From Neophaeotheca triangularis (Eukaryota): DNA of 64,000 nt. The stretch is taken from assembly GCA_054600435.1 (NCBI GenBank), contig BAAIJX010000019.1, positions 310,001 through 374,000 on the forward strand, in the 5' to 3' direction. The translations under genes and the position numbers were made by a program. Positions 47,351 to 59,932 of the stretch are shown piece after piece. Under the pieces are notes generated by a model, which was not told the DNA's origin, searched no databases, and was given only the letters and a program-made list of their open reading frames with translations. How positions within the stretch are numbered: the stretch's first letter is position 1; each line of letters begins with the position of its first letter.

Positions 47351-48829
47351 TCAATCCCGTTTCTGCAACATCTTCGGCTTACCCCCAATATACACAAAAC
47401 ACAGACCCGCCGTCACGGCACAAATGCCGGCCAATACCGCATTCATGTTGCCATACCCAACACTCTGCCTCAGCTCCCCAGCCAACTCAGGTCCCAGCGT
47501 CAAGCCCGCGCTGAAAACCATACTGTTCAACCCGTAAAGCTGCGCGTACGGCCCGTCGGCGCCGAAAAAGTCCGGGTTGACTTCATAATACCGCTGCACG
47601 ACCGCGCCCGCTTCGACAATACTCGGGGCGCCGATGCCCGCGAGCCCGATACCGCAGAGACCTAGCAAGGCACCGTAGAGGATGATCTGGTCCTTGCCGC
47701 CAGCGTGGGGGAGACGCAAAAGGGCGAAGACAGGAACGAGGTAGGTGTAAGAGCCGACGGCGACCCATTTTGGACCGTAGTGGTCGACGGCCCAGCCGAA
47801 GAGGGGTCCGAGGAGGAAGTCGAAAGCGCCTAGGGGCAGGAAGAGGATGCCGGATTTGAGGCTGTCGAAGTTGAAGAGGGTTTCGGCTTCGGTGGGGACG
47901 GTGGCGTCGAAGTTGCCGAGGAGGGTGGCTTGGATGAAGGCGACGAGGAGTGCGGTTAGGAGGCGAGGGTCGGAGAGGCAGGGGAGGATGGGAATGAGGC
48001 GGCATATCTTGGGTTGGTTGGGGGAGAGCTTAAAGGAGGCGCTGTCGTCTTCTTTTTTGTTGCCGAGAAGGGGTTCTTCTTCGGGGTTTTGTTGCTCGGA
48101 GCCGTTGACGTTGTTGTTGTTCGATGAATCGTCACGAGTGTTGAGTTCGCTCTCTGTTAGATACCTGCGAGCAACTTTCTTCTCTATCACAAGTAGACGC
48201 ATGATAAAGTCTACTGCTAGGATTGCGAAGCCTATACCGAAGACACCTGGGTAGCCGGTCTTTTCATAGAGGACGCCGCCGAGGAGAGGTGCGCATAGAT
48301 TTCCGACGCTGATAAAACTGAAGATGCTCCCAATAGTCTTGCCCAAGTTCTCGGGCCCTACAGTCTCCAGACATAGAGCAAGACCGATTGTCCAGACAAA
48401 AGCGGCTGAAATGCCCTGTAGGATTCGAGCAATGGCCAGAACAGGTACACTCTCACCCAAGAATAGGAGGATGGTCGCTGCCAATAGCGCTAGCAGTCCG
48501 AGTAGAAACGGTGCTTGCCGGGTTGTCATCTTGTCCGCCAAAACACCAGCGATAGGGGAGAAGATGACGGAAGCCCCGGCGTAGGCGGCGAGCAAACCAG
48601 AAACATGGCTTTGAACGGCTTCCTTTGGTAGGCCAACGCGGTCCTGGAGCATGTACGGGAGAATTGGCACCACGAGGCCGTACAGGAAGAGATCAGTGAA
48701 GAGACCGACAGCCACCGTGGAGACGATGAAGAGGGTGTTGCTCCGCCAATGCAGACCGGCGGGTTTTTCAGAGTAGTCAGCACTGATCTGGAGGGTGTTC
48801 TTAATCTTGCTCCAGGTGGATTTGGCCAT
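47351..48829 (-). CDS. MFS transporter, vesicular amine transporter-like (DHA1)
   Basis: GLFTDLFLYGLVVPILPYML, motif A (GVLADKMTTRQAP), ARILQGISAAFVW and GPYAQLYGL. Likely start is MAKSTW at 48829. Confidence 0.9.
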   Translation of the reverse strand: MAKSTWSKIKNTLQISADYSEKPAGLHWRSNTLFIVSTVAVGLFTDLFLYGLVVPILPYMLQDRVGLPKEAVQSHVSGLLAAYAGASVIFSPIAGVLADKMTTRQAPFLLGLLALLAATILLFLGESVPVLAIARILQGISAAFVWTIGLALCLETVGPENLGKTIGSIFSFISVGNLCAPLLGGVLYEKTGYPGVFGIGFAILAVDFIMRLLVIEKKVARRYLTESELNTRDDSSNNNNVNGSEQQNPEEEPLLGNKKEDDSASFKLSPNQPKICRLIPILPCLSDPRLLTALLVAFIQATLLGNFDATVPTEAETLFNFDSLKSGILFLPLGAFDFLLGPLFGWAVDHYGPKWVAVGSYTYLVPVFALLRLPHAGGKDQIILYGALLGLCGIGLAGIGAPSIVEAGAVVQRYYEVNPDFFGADGPYAQLYGLNSMVFSAGLTLGPELAGELRQSVGYGNMNAVLAGICAVTAGLCFVYIGGKPKMLQKRD

Positions 48830-49182
48830 GATTGCGGTAGTCTCGCTGCCTCTAGGAGATGCTGCCAGGGGGGACAGTAGTAATCTCGACGGGAGGCCAA
48901 GGAGAGAAAAGACGAGATGAAGTGTTCCAACGATCGTTCGCATGACTTCATCATCTGCCAGGTACCGACTGGATCGCATATCGATCTTATCTTATCTTAT
49001 CTTCAAGACTTGTGAGGCGTTCCGTCGCTCGCGACCAACGCAACGCCCTTCACATCACCTAGCTTGCTTCACCTTCAGCGTTCACCTCTACCGACAACGC
49101 CTTGTACTCCAACCTTTACAACTGCCGCCTTCCCAATACCACCTTGCCTCAAACGGCCATAAGCTCGACCACATCTGCCAAC

Positions 49183-50105
49183 ATGGCAGAGATACAAGCG
49201 CCGGCCAACCCACCAAACAATACGTTCGTACATTGCACTCCGTACGAACGCACCTTACTCTCAGATCCCAGCTAACTCACCCACAGCGTCTATGTGAGCT
49301 CCACTCGATCTAACGCAGCTGGCCTTTGTCACAAGGAATACCCTCTGATGCAGCTAATCTAGGTCAAAAACCTCGACGAGCGCGTCAAACTCCCCGACCT
49401 GATTAGCAACCTCCGCAGCACCTTCGACGTCGTTGGTGAAGTCGTCGACATCATCGCGAAACGCAATCTCAAAGCCAAGGGCCAGGCCTTCATCGTTTTT
49501 GAAGATGCCGAGACCGCTGAAACCGCCATAGAGTCGCTGCAGGATTTCGAGTTGTTCGGAAAACCGATGAAGCTCGCGTTCGCCAAGTCGCGTTCGGACA
49601 AGACGGTGGAGCGCGAAAATGGCGCGGAAGCTTTGGAGCAGCATAAGAGAGAGAGACTCGCAGAAAAGGGTGAGCATCATTCATACTTTGCGCGTTGTAG
49701 CTATTGAGTAAGCTAATCTCGCCCTCAAATATAGACCGGAAAAAGGCCCTCGAAGAACAACAGCGCGGTTCGAACAAGCGCTCCGCCGCCCAAGCCGGCA
49801 TGGCCAACAACGCAGCCACTGCCAACAAGAAGACCACTGCCACCAACGCTATTCAGGAAGACGAGTACCTGCCGCCGAACAAGACCATCCTGCTCCGCGA
49901 CGTTGACGAGACCTATGGCAAAACCGAGCTCACAAGCCTTTTCAACCAGTTTCCAGGTTTCAAGGAAGTGCGCATGGTGCCCACGCGGCCGGGAATTGCT
50001 TTCGTCGAGTACTTTGACGAGGAGGGAAGTATTGCCGCTAAGCAGGCTTTGGGTGGAAAGTTGATCGGAAGCAAGCCGGTCAGGATTACTTATCAGAAGG
50101 CTTAG
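49183..50105 (+). CDS. U1A/U2B''(SNF)-family snRNP protein with two RRMs
   Basis: Exons 49183-49223, 49287-49293 (7 nt), 49363-49669 and 49735-50105. Spliced product MAEIQAPANPPNNTVYVKNLDERVK...KAKGQAFIVF...FGKPMKLAFAKSRSD, then RRM2 YLPPNKTILL...FKEVRMVPTRPGIAFVEY. Confidence 0.93.
49223..49250 (+). promoter_or_regulatory. U1 snRNA stem-loop II mimic (candidate U1A-binding hairpin) covering the intron-1 5' splice site
   Basis: CGTTCGTAC-ATTGCACTCC-GTACGAACG is a perfect 9-bp stem with a C-G closing pair. The loop is identical to the canonical U1A-binding loop. Confidence 0.85.
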
Positions 50106-50329
50106 GTGGGGAGTGGTTGGCGAGGTCTGTGGTGCGAGATACCCAATGGTGTGGACGGAGTGCGCTATGGAGAAGTTTTGGTCTGCGGGTCGCTCTACAG
50201 AGGAGCTCGTGCTACTGTGAAGAACAGTGAATCTTCCATGGCAATACTGAGAGGCGAAAGCTTATCCTGTATCTAGCAAAGCAGAATATTTCCCTGGCTG
50301 CATCTCATCAACACCACCCATGACTTACG

Positions 50330-51576
50330 TTACAATCTCGCCTGCGTACTCTGCTCATTCGGAGCCTTATCCACATCATCCCCATCCTCAATATGTATTT
50401 TGACAGCTCCTTTACTACGATCAATACTCGCATGCAGCGCCTCAACAGCCTCCTCGAGCTTGAAACGATGCGTAACCAAAGGTCTCAGATCCACAACCTT
50501 ATGCGCCAACAACCTCATGGCTGCGGGCCAGGAGTGATTGTAACGATTGATGAACTTGAGATCGACTTCGGCCATTGACTGCAAAGCAAAGAAAAAGAGA
50601 AAAGCCAAGTCAACAAAAGAGCCAAACCTACCGGGCAAACGCACCTAAGCGAGGGGTTGGGTTCAAGACTCACCATGTGCATAAAAGGCAAATTATCCAT
50701 CGTCTTCTTACCAACCCCAATCACCATAACCGTCCCGCCAGGTTGCGGGATCCACGCAGCAGTCACAACACTACTCTCCACTCCCGTACACTCATACACA
50801 ATCCTCGGCTGCGCCCCCAAAGCTTGTTTGACAACCTCATTCACCCTCCCCGCCGTTTCCTCAGGCCCCATCCCTCCTTCAACCCGAAAAGTCGTGCATT
50901 CCGGTACATAGCTCTTGGCAAAAGCCAGCCGCCCCTCATCCACATCCATGATGACAATCGGTCTCGCACCGCTCGCTTTGGCAATGGCCAGCGCACACAG
51001 CCCTATCGGCCCCGCGCCAGTGATGACGGCGGACTCCCCCAGTCGGATAGGCGCAAGCTCGAATCCGCGCAGCGCAACGCTGAAGGGCTCCAGCAAAGCG
51101 CCTTCGGTGTAACTCAGCGAGTCGGGCAGTTTGTGCAGGTACTCGGCCGGGTGCACGTGGTAGCGTCTGATGGAGCCATTGTGGGGAGGGGCTCCGCTGA
51201 ACTGCACGTCGCGGCAGAGATTGTAGCTGCCCGTGCTGCATTGGTAGCAGTGCTTGCACGGCACGCCGGGCTCGATGGAGACGCGGTCGCCTGGGCGCAG
51301 GTGCGTGACTGCGGAGCCCGTGTGGATGATCTCGCCCGCGCCTTCGTGGCCGAGGACGTAGGGGTGGGTTACGACGAGGGAGCCGATGCCGCCGTGGCGC
51401 CAGAAGTGTGCGTCGCTGCCGCAGATGCCGTTGGCGCGGACGCGAACGATGCAGTCGTTGGGGTTGGGGGTAAGGGGCGGTGATTCGGCGAGGTAGGCGG
51501 CGTGGTGCTCGTCTGTGTACAGGGCGGGGTTGGGGGATGGGGGTATGTAAGTTTGGGTGGTGGTGATGTTGGCCAT
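50330..51576 (-). CDS. Zn-dependent polyol dehydrogenase (L-arabinitol/xylitol/sorbitol dehydrogenase family)
   Basis: GICGSDAH, GHEGAG, structural zinc CxxCxxC..C and GAGPIG. Exons 51576-50674 and 50578-50330 join as NLPFMHM|SMAEVDLKFINRY. Confidence 0.92.
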
Positions 51577-52411
51577 GGCTTAAGTCGGGGACGGTAGGGT
51601 GAGCAGTTGTTTGGTGGAGGGTCAGGTAAATGAGTACAGAGGTATGCTACGGGTTAGGGAGGGGGATTTGGTTACGAGGTGCTTTCTGAGTGTATGCGTA
51701 CTGTGTGTAGCTATCTACATAAACCTTGGAAGTGATTACAGACAGTCACCGTGGTGGGGATTGTGGGGGTTGTCGTGGGATCCTCGGCCATTACACGTGC
51801 GACAAGTAGCGTGATAACTTTCTTTCGACTTCCTATTATTCTTGTCCAGCACGTTTCTTTTCGGTCCTTCTACTGTGGGCTTTCCCAGGAATGATGGCCT
51901 ACCGACGAGCCCAGGAAAACCATGTGCGGCCAAAACGAAAATGGCCTCACAAGCGTTCGAAGGCTGCTATGCATTCGGCACGGGGTTAAGGAATCCAGCG
52001 CCTCTTTTGATTGATCAAGGACAGTAAAAGCTGCTGCACATTGCGTGGGAAAGGTGAAAATACAGCCATTTCCACCATCACGATTCCATTAAGGCATTGA
52101 TTGATGCCCTGGAGTCCAGGAATAATATTACCCCTCTCATCTTACCGGCGTGTTACCTGCCACCTGCGACCTCTTGGGAATTTGGCTCTGTTCCTGCATA
52201 CGGGCTGTATCCTCCAGCTACTCGCTCACGCGTCATACCAGCAACGTCGTCATTCCTGCGTAAGGCCAGTTAGAGCTTTCCATTCCATTCGGAAGCTCTG
52301 CGGTCTAGCTCCTCTCACCACAACCTGAATTTAATACTGCTTTCCTTCAATAATACCTTACCTCTTTTACAACAGTTCTCACATATACTCTCCAACCACC
52401 AACCCGTCACC

Positions 52412-53704
52412 ATGTTTGCCCGCACAGGAACCCGCTCAGCCAGAGCTCTCCAGCTCCTGTCTCCATCAAGGACCGCTTTCCGCAGCCGTCAAGTTCGCTT
52501 TGCATCTGAGAATGCCTCTTCCGGCAACAGCGGTAGCAGCAACCATGCACTCATCGGCGGTCTCGCGGGTGGTGGTGCTGCCGTCGTCCTAGGCTACAGC
52601 TGGTACCACTTCTCTGGCGCCAAGACGGCGGTCAACACCATGCACCAAACCAAGCAGTACTACGACAGCGTCCACAACCAAATCAAGGGCAAATTCCAAG
52701 AACAGACCCCTCCTGCTAGCGATGCCCTCAATGCCCTCAAAGACACAGCTCTCGGCTACGCCTCTTACGTCCCGGGCGGCAAGCAATACGTCAACAAGGT
52801 CTTCGAGGACGTCGACATGATCAAGCAACAGCACGGCCCGGAGGTTGATAACATCGTGCGCGAAGCATACGGCGACCTGCGCGACCTCAGCAAAAAGGGC
52901 GGCCTGACCCTCTCCACCGCCACTGAAGCCTGGGAAATCCTTTCCAAGCACCTGCAATCGCTCGCATCCCTGGCAGGCGACGCCGCCCAAGACATCCTCA
53001 ACAACCACCCCCAGCTGAAGCAAAAGGTCGGCGGTCAAATCGATCAATTGCAGCAACTTGGCGACCGCCTTGGTCCCGAAGCCAAGAAGCAAGTCGACGA
53101 GACATGGCAGCAAATCAGCGACATCACCAAGCAAGGCCTGAGCTTTGACACGGCAGACAAGATCCGCAAGCTCGTACAGGAGAAGGCGGACAAGTTGCAG
53201 AAGATGGGTGACGAGGCTTGGGAGAAGGGCATGGAAAAGGTCACGCCGATGCTGAACCAGAAGCCCGAGGTCAAGAAACTCGTTGAGCAGAACAAGGACG
53301 CACTAAAGGGCGGGAACATCTCCGAGGCTGTCGAGAAGGTCAAGAGTGCGGCTGAATCTGGCGACACCAACGACTTGCAGAAATACGTTGAGCAGTAAGT
53401 GCTACCGTCTAGAAAACCAACTCCGACCTACCTCTAGCTGCAGTCCGTACTGACAAGATATCACTACAGAGCCAAGCAAAAGTACCAACAATACGCTTCC
53501 TCCCAAGGCTCTAGCCAGCTCTCCAGTTGGCTTTCGATGATCCCACAAGGCGGCGAAATCGTGCCTCAGCTCATGAAACTGAAGGAAGCGGCCGACAAGA
53601 AGGGTCCTGAGGCCGAGAAGCTGGCCAAGGACACCGTGGAAGAGATCAAGCAGGTTCTGGAGAAGAAGAAGGACGAGGTTGAGAAGTTGTTGAAGTCGGT
53701 ATAG
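52412..53704 (+). CDS. Apolipophorin-like helical protein with a mitochondrial-type presequence and one transmembrane segment
   Basis: Exons 52412-53394 and 53470-53704; intron GTAAGT..CTGAC..CAG. Arg/Ser-rich N-terminus, ALIGGLAGGGAAVVLGYSWYHFSG, then amphipathic helices. Confidence 0.8.
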
Positions 53705-54756
53705 AGTGGTGATGGAAGGGCCACGGTATTCGGTCAAATACTGACATGCGGAGGAGAAAAAGCTGTGTACTACTATAATGGGCCACGATGCGATGAGCTG
53801 AGCCGGGTTTTGCGGTTTTTTGCCATGTAGCATAGCGAATGTCGAGCACGCTAGTGATATCTTCTCGAATATCACTCAGTCCACTTCAACGCCAGTGCAT
53901 TGCCGGCGCAGAGGTCGCCGATACGATTTCAACTCGATAGCAACGCGCTCACGCGCGCTACGCACTGACTTGCAGACTCAAGACTGTCAGGCTCCAATCT
54001 TGCTCCTCGCCAAAGATAAGCCTTGCCGTGGGAAGACTTTGTCACTGATTCAACGACATCATACCAAGGGCAAGAGAGCACGACTACAAATGTGTAATTC
54101 TTAAAGAAATCGACCGTGATCTCCCCTGGTTGAACATCACGCTTAATGGGTTTGTCAGGAGTGAGGTTGGCTCACCCTCGATGAGGGCGTTTGCTTTCTA
54201 GCTTTCTCACTGTCTACATGTTACCCATGAGGGAAGAACTGGTCTACTGAGGGTCGTCGAGGCATCTTGACGAGCTCTCGCCTTTCGAGTTGGAAAAAGA
54301 AAAAGGTTTTCTTTCCTGGCTACAGGTATCTACTTAGTAGGCAGCGAAGTCAGTATATCCGCCAAGAAGCTTCCCCAATCAGACCTCATTCCGCTCAACT
54401 TGTGGATTGAAAGATTCGAGACGGGGTTTGTTCCTTTTGTCACGGTCCAAGGACTCGAGCAGGATCTCGCTCTAAGCGAGGTGGGTGTAGTACATGCATG
54501 TAAGCACACGTCTGGCGTGGTGAACCCACCAGCTTTTACCGAAGCTAAGGGGCGTCTCGCATGATGCATGAAGAAGAACCTTGGCCGCAAGCCTTTTCAC
54601 TCTGCACCGGGCCCTCAGCTGTCAACTTACGCCAGTTCGTTGGCTTCTTGTCGTAAGTTGCCTTGATATCACCAACGGGGCTGCTATAAGGGAACCAATT
54701 TGATACATTGTTGGGATTTGATTGTGAGCTTATGTAGCTAGCTCGTAGTTCAAACA

Positions 54757-56520
54757 TCATACCTTCTCAATCACGGTTTGGCTGTACTGGACCGGCGGTG
54801 ACGATTTCCTGCGGCTTGCGGCTTGTTTCATGAGTTCCTTCTCTTCTGCGGCAAGATTATCGCCTAGGAGCACGTCCATGTCTTCCAAGGTTTTGCCCTT
54901 TGTTTCGGGGACAAAGAGGTACGCCCAAACAGCTGCAAGAGCACACCACGAACCGTAAAAGATGTAAGTGCCAAAGCCGGCCGTCTCAATCATCGGTGGG
55001 GTGATGACGGTAAGGATCGTGTTCGCAATCCAGACTGTAGCAGTCGCGGCAGCAACGCCTTTTGACCGCATCGTTGTGCTGTAGACCTCGCTTGGTAGAG
55101 CCCATCCGAGTGGAGAGTAGGAAACGCCGTAAAAGAACATGAACAAGAAGGCCATGACGACAGCTGCCCAGCCGGCGCTCGCATTGTTCCAGTCAGGCGC
55201 CTGCGTAGCAAAGATACCGGCGATAGTCATGTAGCAAATGGAGGGAAGGATGGCCCCCCAAATGGCCAAAGGCCGACGCCCAACGATATCAATGACAAGG
55301 AAGCACACAATGACTGCCACTAGCTGGATAACGTTCATCACCCCGGAGATGATAAGGGACATTTCATAGTCGAGACCAAGCGATTGGAACAAGGTGGGTG
55401 CGTAGTAGACGAAGCTTGAAGACGGTTAGCTCTGAGCTCATATATCTCGGTTGTTTCTATGGCTTGCTTACGCGTTGACGCCCGAAAACTGCTGGAACCA
55501 AGCAACACCTAGCGCAACGACTGTGCGACGCCAGACTTTCTTCTTGAAGAGATCCAACCATTGGAGAATCTCAAGTGAGATACCAGATTTGCCGGGATGG
55601 TTCTTGCGCTCGACCGCCCTTTGAAGTTCAACCTCGGCCATGATGCCTTCACGTTCAAGATGGAGACGCTCATCTGTTTCGGGCAGACGGCGAAGTCTCG
55701 CGAGAGCCTTCAGACAGTCATCCGTACGGCCCCTCAGGCACAACCAGCGCGGAGAGTAGGGGAAGAAGTGGATCATCACACCTAGAATGGTGGAGGCGAC
55801 TAGCTGGAGCCCGAAAGGCAGGCGGAAAGCAATCTCGCCGTCCACGTTGCGCGTGCCGTAAGAGATGAAGTAAGCAATCACCACTCCTGAAACGATGCTG
55901 ATTGATTGCAGGACCAGTAGCGTTCCGCGAAGGTTCGGGGGCGAGATTTCCGAGATGTACAATGGTGCTCCAAGTGCCAAAGTCCCGGTTCCGATGCCTC
56001 CAAAGAACCGACCGAAAGCCATTGCTTCATAAGTCGGGGCTGCCGTCATGATGATACCTCCAATGTTGAAGAAGCATACCATGATGGTGATGGCCCACTT
56101 CCTGGACCACCTATCGCAGAGGTATGGCATGAAGAAGCATCCAACAAAGCAACCAGCCTGCAGGATTCCGGTGTTGAGACCTTTCCATAGCGCTGCGTTT
56201 GCCGCATCGTCTGCGAGACGAGGGAATGTTGCGTGGAATTGAGGCATGACATTGATGATGCCGATGACTCCCATGTCGTAACCGAAGGAGAAACCACCAA
56301 GCGAGGCCATGAATGCCGCGCCGAAGATGTAGGGGGAGCCTATGAGCCCTGCTATTCCGTTCTTCCCATAGGAAATGTCTTGGGCCATTGTTGCGGGTAA
56401 GTCTGCAGTTTGAACAGGCTCCATGTCAGGGGCGCTGCTTAGACGGTCGTCCTTGGCCGTACGAACATGTTCGAGGCTCGCGTTCTCGACGTGGTCGACT
56501 TGTTCGTCGGCGCGGGCCAT
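54757..56520 (-). CDS. Sugar porter family MFS transporter
   Basis: GGFSFGYDMG, PLYISEISPPNLRG, PYSPRWL, QQFSGVNAFVYYAP and VPETKGKTLE. Exons 56520-55472 and 55414-54757; intron GTAAGC..CTAAC..AAG. Confidence 0.93.
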
Positions 56521-57471
56521 GGCAATGAGGATCGAGGACTCTGATTTGCAAAGACGATTGCTAGAGGAGTGTTGAGAGATGGGCAAGGTGGAGAGGGTTA
56601 ACGATGTAGAAAAAAACGATCAAGTTTGAGGTTGAGTGAGGCGGATTATATATGTGAATGTTCGAGACGGGCTAGTCAGCGCGACGCGGCTGTCTCATTG
56701 TCACGCACACGTAGGAAGAATACATTGGCTCTGTTCAGATGCGGCAACGCGAGTCGTTTCGCTCGTTCCTCTCGCACTGGGTTGGGTGTATACCGTCTCC
56801 CAAGCGCCACAAACGATGCCATTGCTTCAAGGTTTGATCTACGAGCAACAGTGCGGGGAAAACGCGGGTTGATGCCAGGGCGGCAGATCAGACTCTCGAC
56901 TTTGGTCTCGAAGAGGTACGGGAAGTCGTTGTAGAGTATGTATCAGTCTATTAGGAGGCAGGACTTGTCGAAAGAGGCAAGATGCTCCGAAGGCAACTTT
57001 GGCCATCTTGGCACCCACGGCTTCTCATTGATCAGGGCAGCTTCTCGTATGGAACGTTTCACCTGATTACCTCTGCCAATCGTTCCGCTGGACATGAGTA
57101 TCTTACCGTTGACACACCGGGCTCTGTATTCCGCAGCACGCAGTCGACATGGCTGGGCCTACCTTGTGACGGAGCGCATCCGCTTTCGTATGCTTCCTTA
57201 GTCCTACCCAGGCACGTTCCATGCTTCGAGGAAACTTCCACCGAGAGACCATGAGCTCTTGCAATAGTAGTGCGGGTAACATCAAAGTGTAACTACAAGA
57301 GACAAGCCATGATTGATGTTCTATGTCATTCGACCCACCTCTCCTCCTTACGGTGATTCAGCACTAATATAGATAATAGGGGGACCCTTTAGCATTTTCA
57401 AGGCATTTAATCTTTACCAGTGCTCTCCCTCGTTACCATTCTACACTTTCACTGTCAACAAAGCATCTACC

Positions 57472-59016
57472 ATGTACGGCTTTCTCTCGGGAGCAGTCCT
57501 ATTACTTGGAGCCATCAGTTGGTTCATCGGCTCCCATGTCTATCGATACTTCAAAGATGAGAAAGGTCTACGTAGATATCCAAGCATGGACTTCTTCGCC
57601 GCCTTTACCAATCTGTCGTACATTGTCCTCGCCAACGGCGGCTTCCGCTCGAAGAAACTGAGGGAGCTTCACTCTCAAGGTCATCCAGTGATCCGCACCG
57701 GACCAAACTCGCTTTCCTACGGCGCCCCCGCTGCCATCAAGGACATTTATGGTCACAATACCAAGTGTACCAAGGACGAACAATACTGGACCATTGCTGG
57801 AAGTCATTTCCATCTCGCCGACGTTCCAGACAAGAAAGAGCATGCTCGCAAGCGCAAGGTACTCTCTTCTGCCTACGCCCTGAAGAATCTCGAGGACTGG
57901 GAGTACAAAGTTGCCGATACCACAAGCCGAATGATTTCACAATTCGACAAACGTTGCAACGGCGAAACGATCGATTACCGTGCCTGGTCCAATTTCTTCG
58001 CTCTGGATGCAATAGCATACATTGGTCTCAGCGCTCGACTGGGGTTCCTTGACCAGGGCGACGATCTTTGCGTATCGCTTCAACTAGATGGCTCGAAGCG
58101 ACATGTGCATTACCGAGAAGCTCTCTACGCAACATCTCAGGGCCAATCGGGCCTCGCATATTCCTACCCATGGTATAACACCCTCGTCGAGGCATCCAAA
58201 GTCGTTTCGCCAACGTATCGAAATCTCTGGAAAAAGGCCGCAAACTGGGACGGCATTTACACTCAGCTCGCCGTTGATCGACTCGAAAGATACAACGCCG
58301 GCGAGAAGCTCGACGATTTCTTCCAGGCCCTTATGCACGACAAGAACGGCGCGCCTCATAACCTCGAATGGGGCGAGATTCTTGCCGAGATCTCCATCAT
58401 GATGAATGCGGGAAGCACCACCACTGCAATCGCCCTGGCGAACGTCATGTATCAACTCCTGCAAAACCCAAAGTGCATGGAGCGTCTCCGAGGGGAAATA
58501 GATAGCGTGCTGGATGAAGACGACGAGGTTGCACCTTACGAAAAAGTCAAGTATCTGCCTTACCTCCGCGCATGTCTCGACGAAAGCCTCCGCATCTTTC
58601 CACCCACATCCCACGGTCTCTTGCGCGCAACTCCGCCAGAGGGGTCAACTGTCCTCGGCGAATATGTGCCCGGTAACGTCACTGTCTCGGCATCCGCGTA
58701 TGTCATTCACCGCGACCCGGTAGTCTTCCCGGAGCCAGACCAATACATTCCAGACCGCTGGCTAGGTGAAGCGGGCAAGGAGCTTGGTCCCTACTTCATC
58801 GCCTTCTCCGCCGGCGCAAGAGGTTGTATTGGCCGCAACATCTCGTATCTCGAACAGACGGTTGCGCTTGCCACCATGATACACCGCTACGACATCAAGT
58901 TGGCGAAGCCTGGTTTCATTCCTGAGAGGCTCGAGACCTTTAACTTGCATTTGAACGAGATGCCCATCAAGCTGAAACTTCGACAGCAGCACAAAGAGGA
59001 TTCGGTTACGCAGTAA
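57472..59016 (+). CDS. Cytochrome P450 (benzoate 4-monooxygenase-like, possibly CYP630-type)
   Basis: N-terminal transmembrane segment, I-helix AGSTTT, ESLR (ExxR), PDRW and heme motif FSAGARGCIG. Intronless. Confidence 0.93.
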   Translation: MYGFLSGAVLLLGAISWFIGSHVYRYFKDEKGLRRYPSMDFFAAFTNLSYIVLANGGFRSKKLRELHSQGHPVIRTGPNSLSYGAPAAIKDIYGHNTKCTKDEQYWTIAGSHFHLADVPDKKEHARKRKVLSSAYALKNLEDWEYKVADTTSRMISQFDKRCNGETIDYRAWSNFFALDAIAYIGLSARLGFLDQGDDLCVSLQLDGSKRHVHYREALYATSQGQSGLAYSYPWYNTLVEASKVVSPTYRNLWKKAANWDGIYTQLAVDRLERYNAGEKLDDFFQALMHDKNGAPHNLEWGEILAEISIMMNAGSTTTAIALANVMYQLLQNPKCMERLRGEIDSVLDEDDEVAPYEKVKYLPYLRACLDESLRIFPPTSHGLLRATPPEGSTVLGEYVPGNVTVSASAYVIHRDPVVFPEPDQYIPDRWLGEAGKELGPYFIAFSAGARGCIGRNISYLEQTVALATMIHRYDIKLAKPGFIPERLETFNLHLNEMPIKLKLRQQHKEDSVTQ

Positions 59017-59932
59017 CGAATTGATGCAACCAGGGCAGCACAGGAAGCCATTTCTAAGAGATGGTGATGATTTGGCGTGTCAGATTAGCGTACCAGACTA
59101 TGCAGCGTTTCCTCTCGATTTTAAGAAGAAAGCTCAGCTCAATGATAAGCCCACTGTGTGCTCATGGATCAAGGCGTTGTTGTGAACTTGTGGCTTCGGA
59201 ATCTCGATCAATCCGTAAGCTTTGTAGCAGCCCCTGGAGAGGTCGATTAGAGTGAGAACGAAAGGTTTGATAGCACGGGGTCGACTCTACGAAATGCTGC
59301 GAGTGCTCTTGCAAAGCAACTCTAGCTTCTACTATCAATACTGTAATCGTGTTATGAAAACCTATTGGTGGGGGGAGCATAGCCAGTCAGAGACCTAGGC
59401 CGCACTAAACGGCAAGTGCGGTCAGGTCGGGCACTCATGATGAGAGTTTTGGATCAACGACGTCGAGGGGGGCGATATGTGGACATGTGAGGTGATGGTC
59501 TAGTACCTAAGTTGGCTCTTCCTCAAGAGCCTACCCGCGCAGCTACTAGATGATTCATGGGGTAATTGATCCCGAGGCGTACTTCGGCGAACTACCCCCG
59601 TTTTCGGAACAACCTACCCTTCTTGTCTCTCTCGATGTTGGAACTTCTGTCCATTGCTATCTCTACAACAACAACAACGATCCACGGACGTTTACCGCAA
59701 TCACGATCAATGAAATCATGCTTGAAAATAGCTAGGTAGGTTTAGAAGTGAGTATCCGGTCCTGCTCATCTTGCTACAGTTTTTCATGCGCCAGAGCTCC
59801 CAGTATTCATTTCATTCATTACCCTCTCCTCACGACTGAACCATCCTTTCATCACTGTCGGTACACTCCCGCTGGACTGTATACTGCCTTGATCACAACC
59901 GTCCATATTTTCTTGGCTCTCCAACAGGCAAC

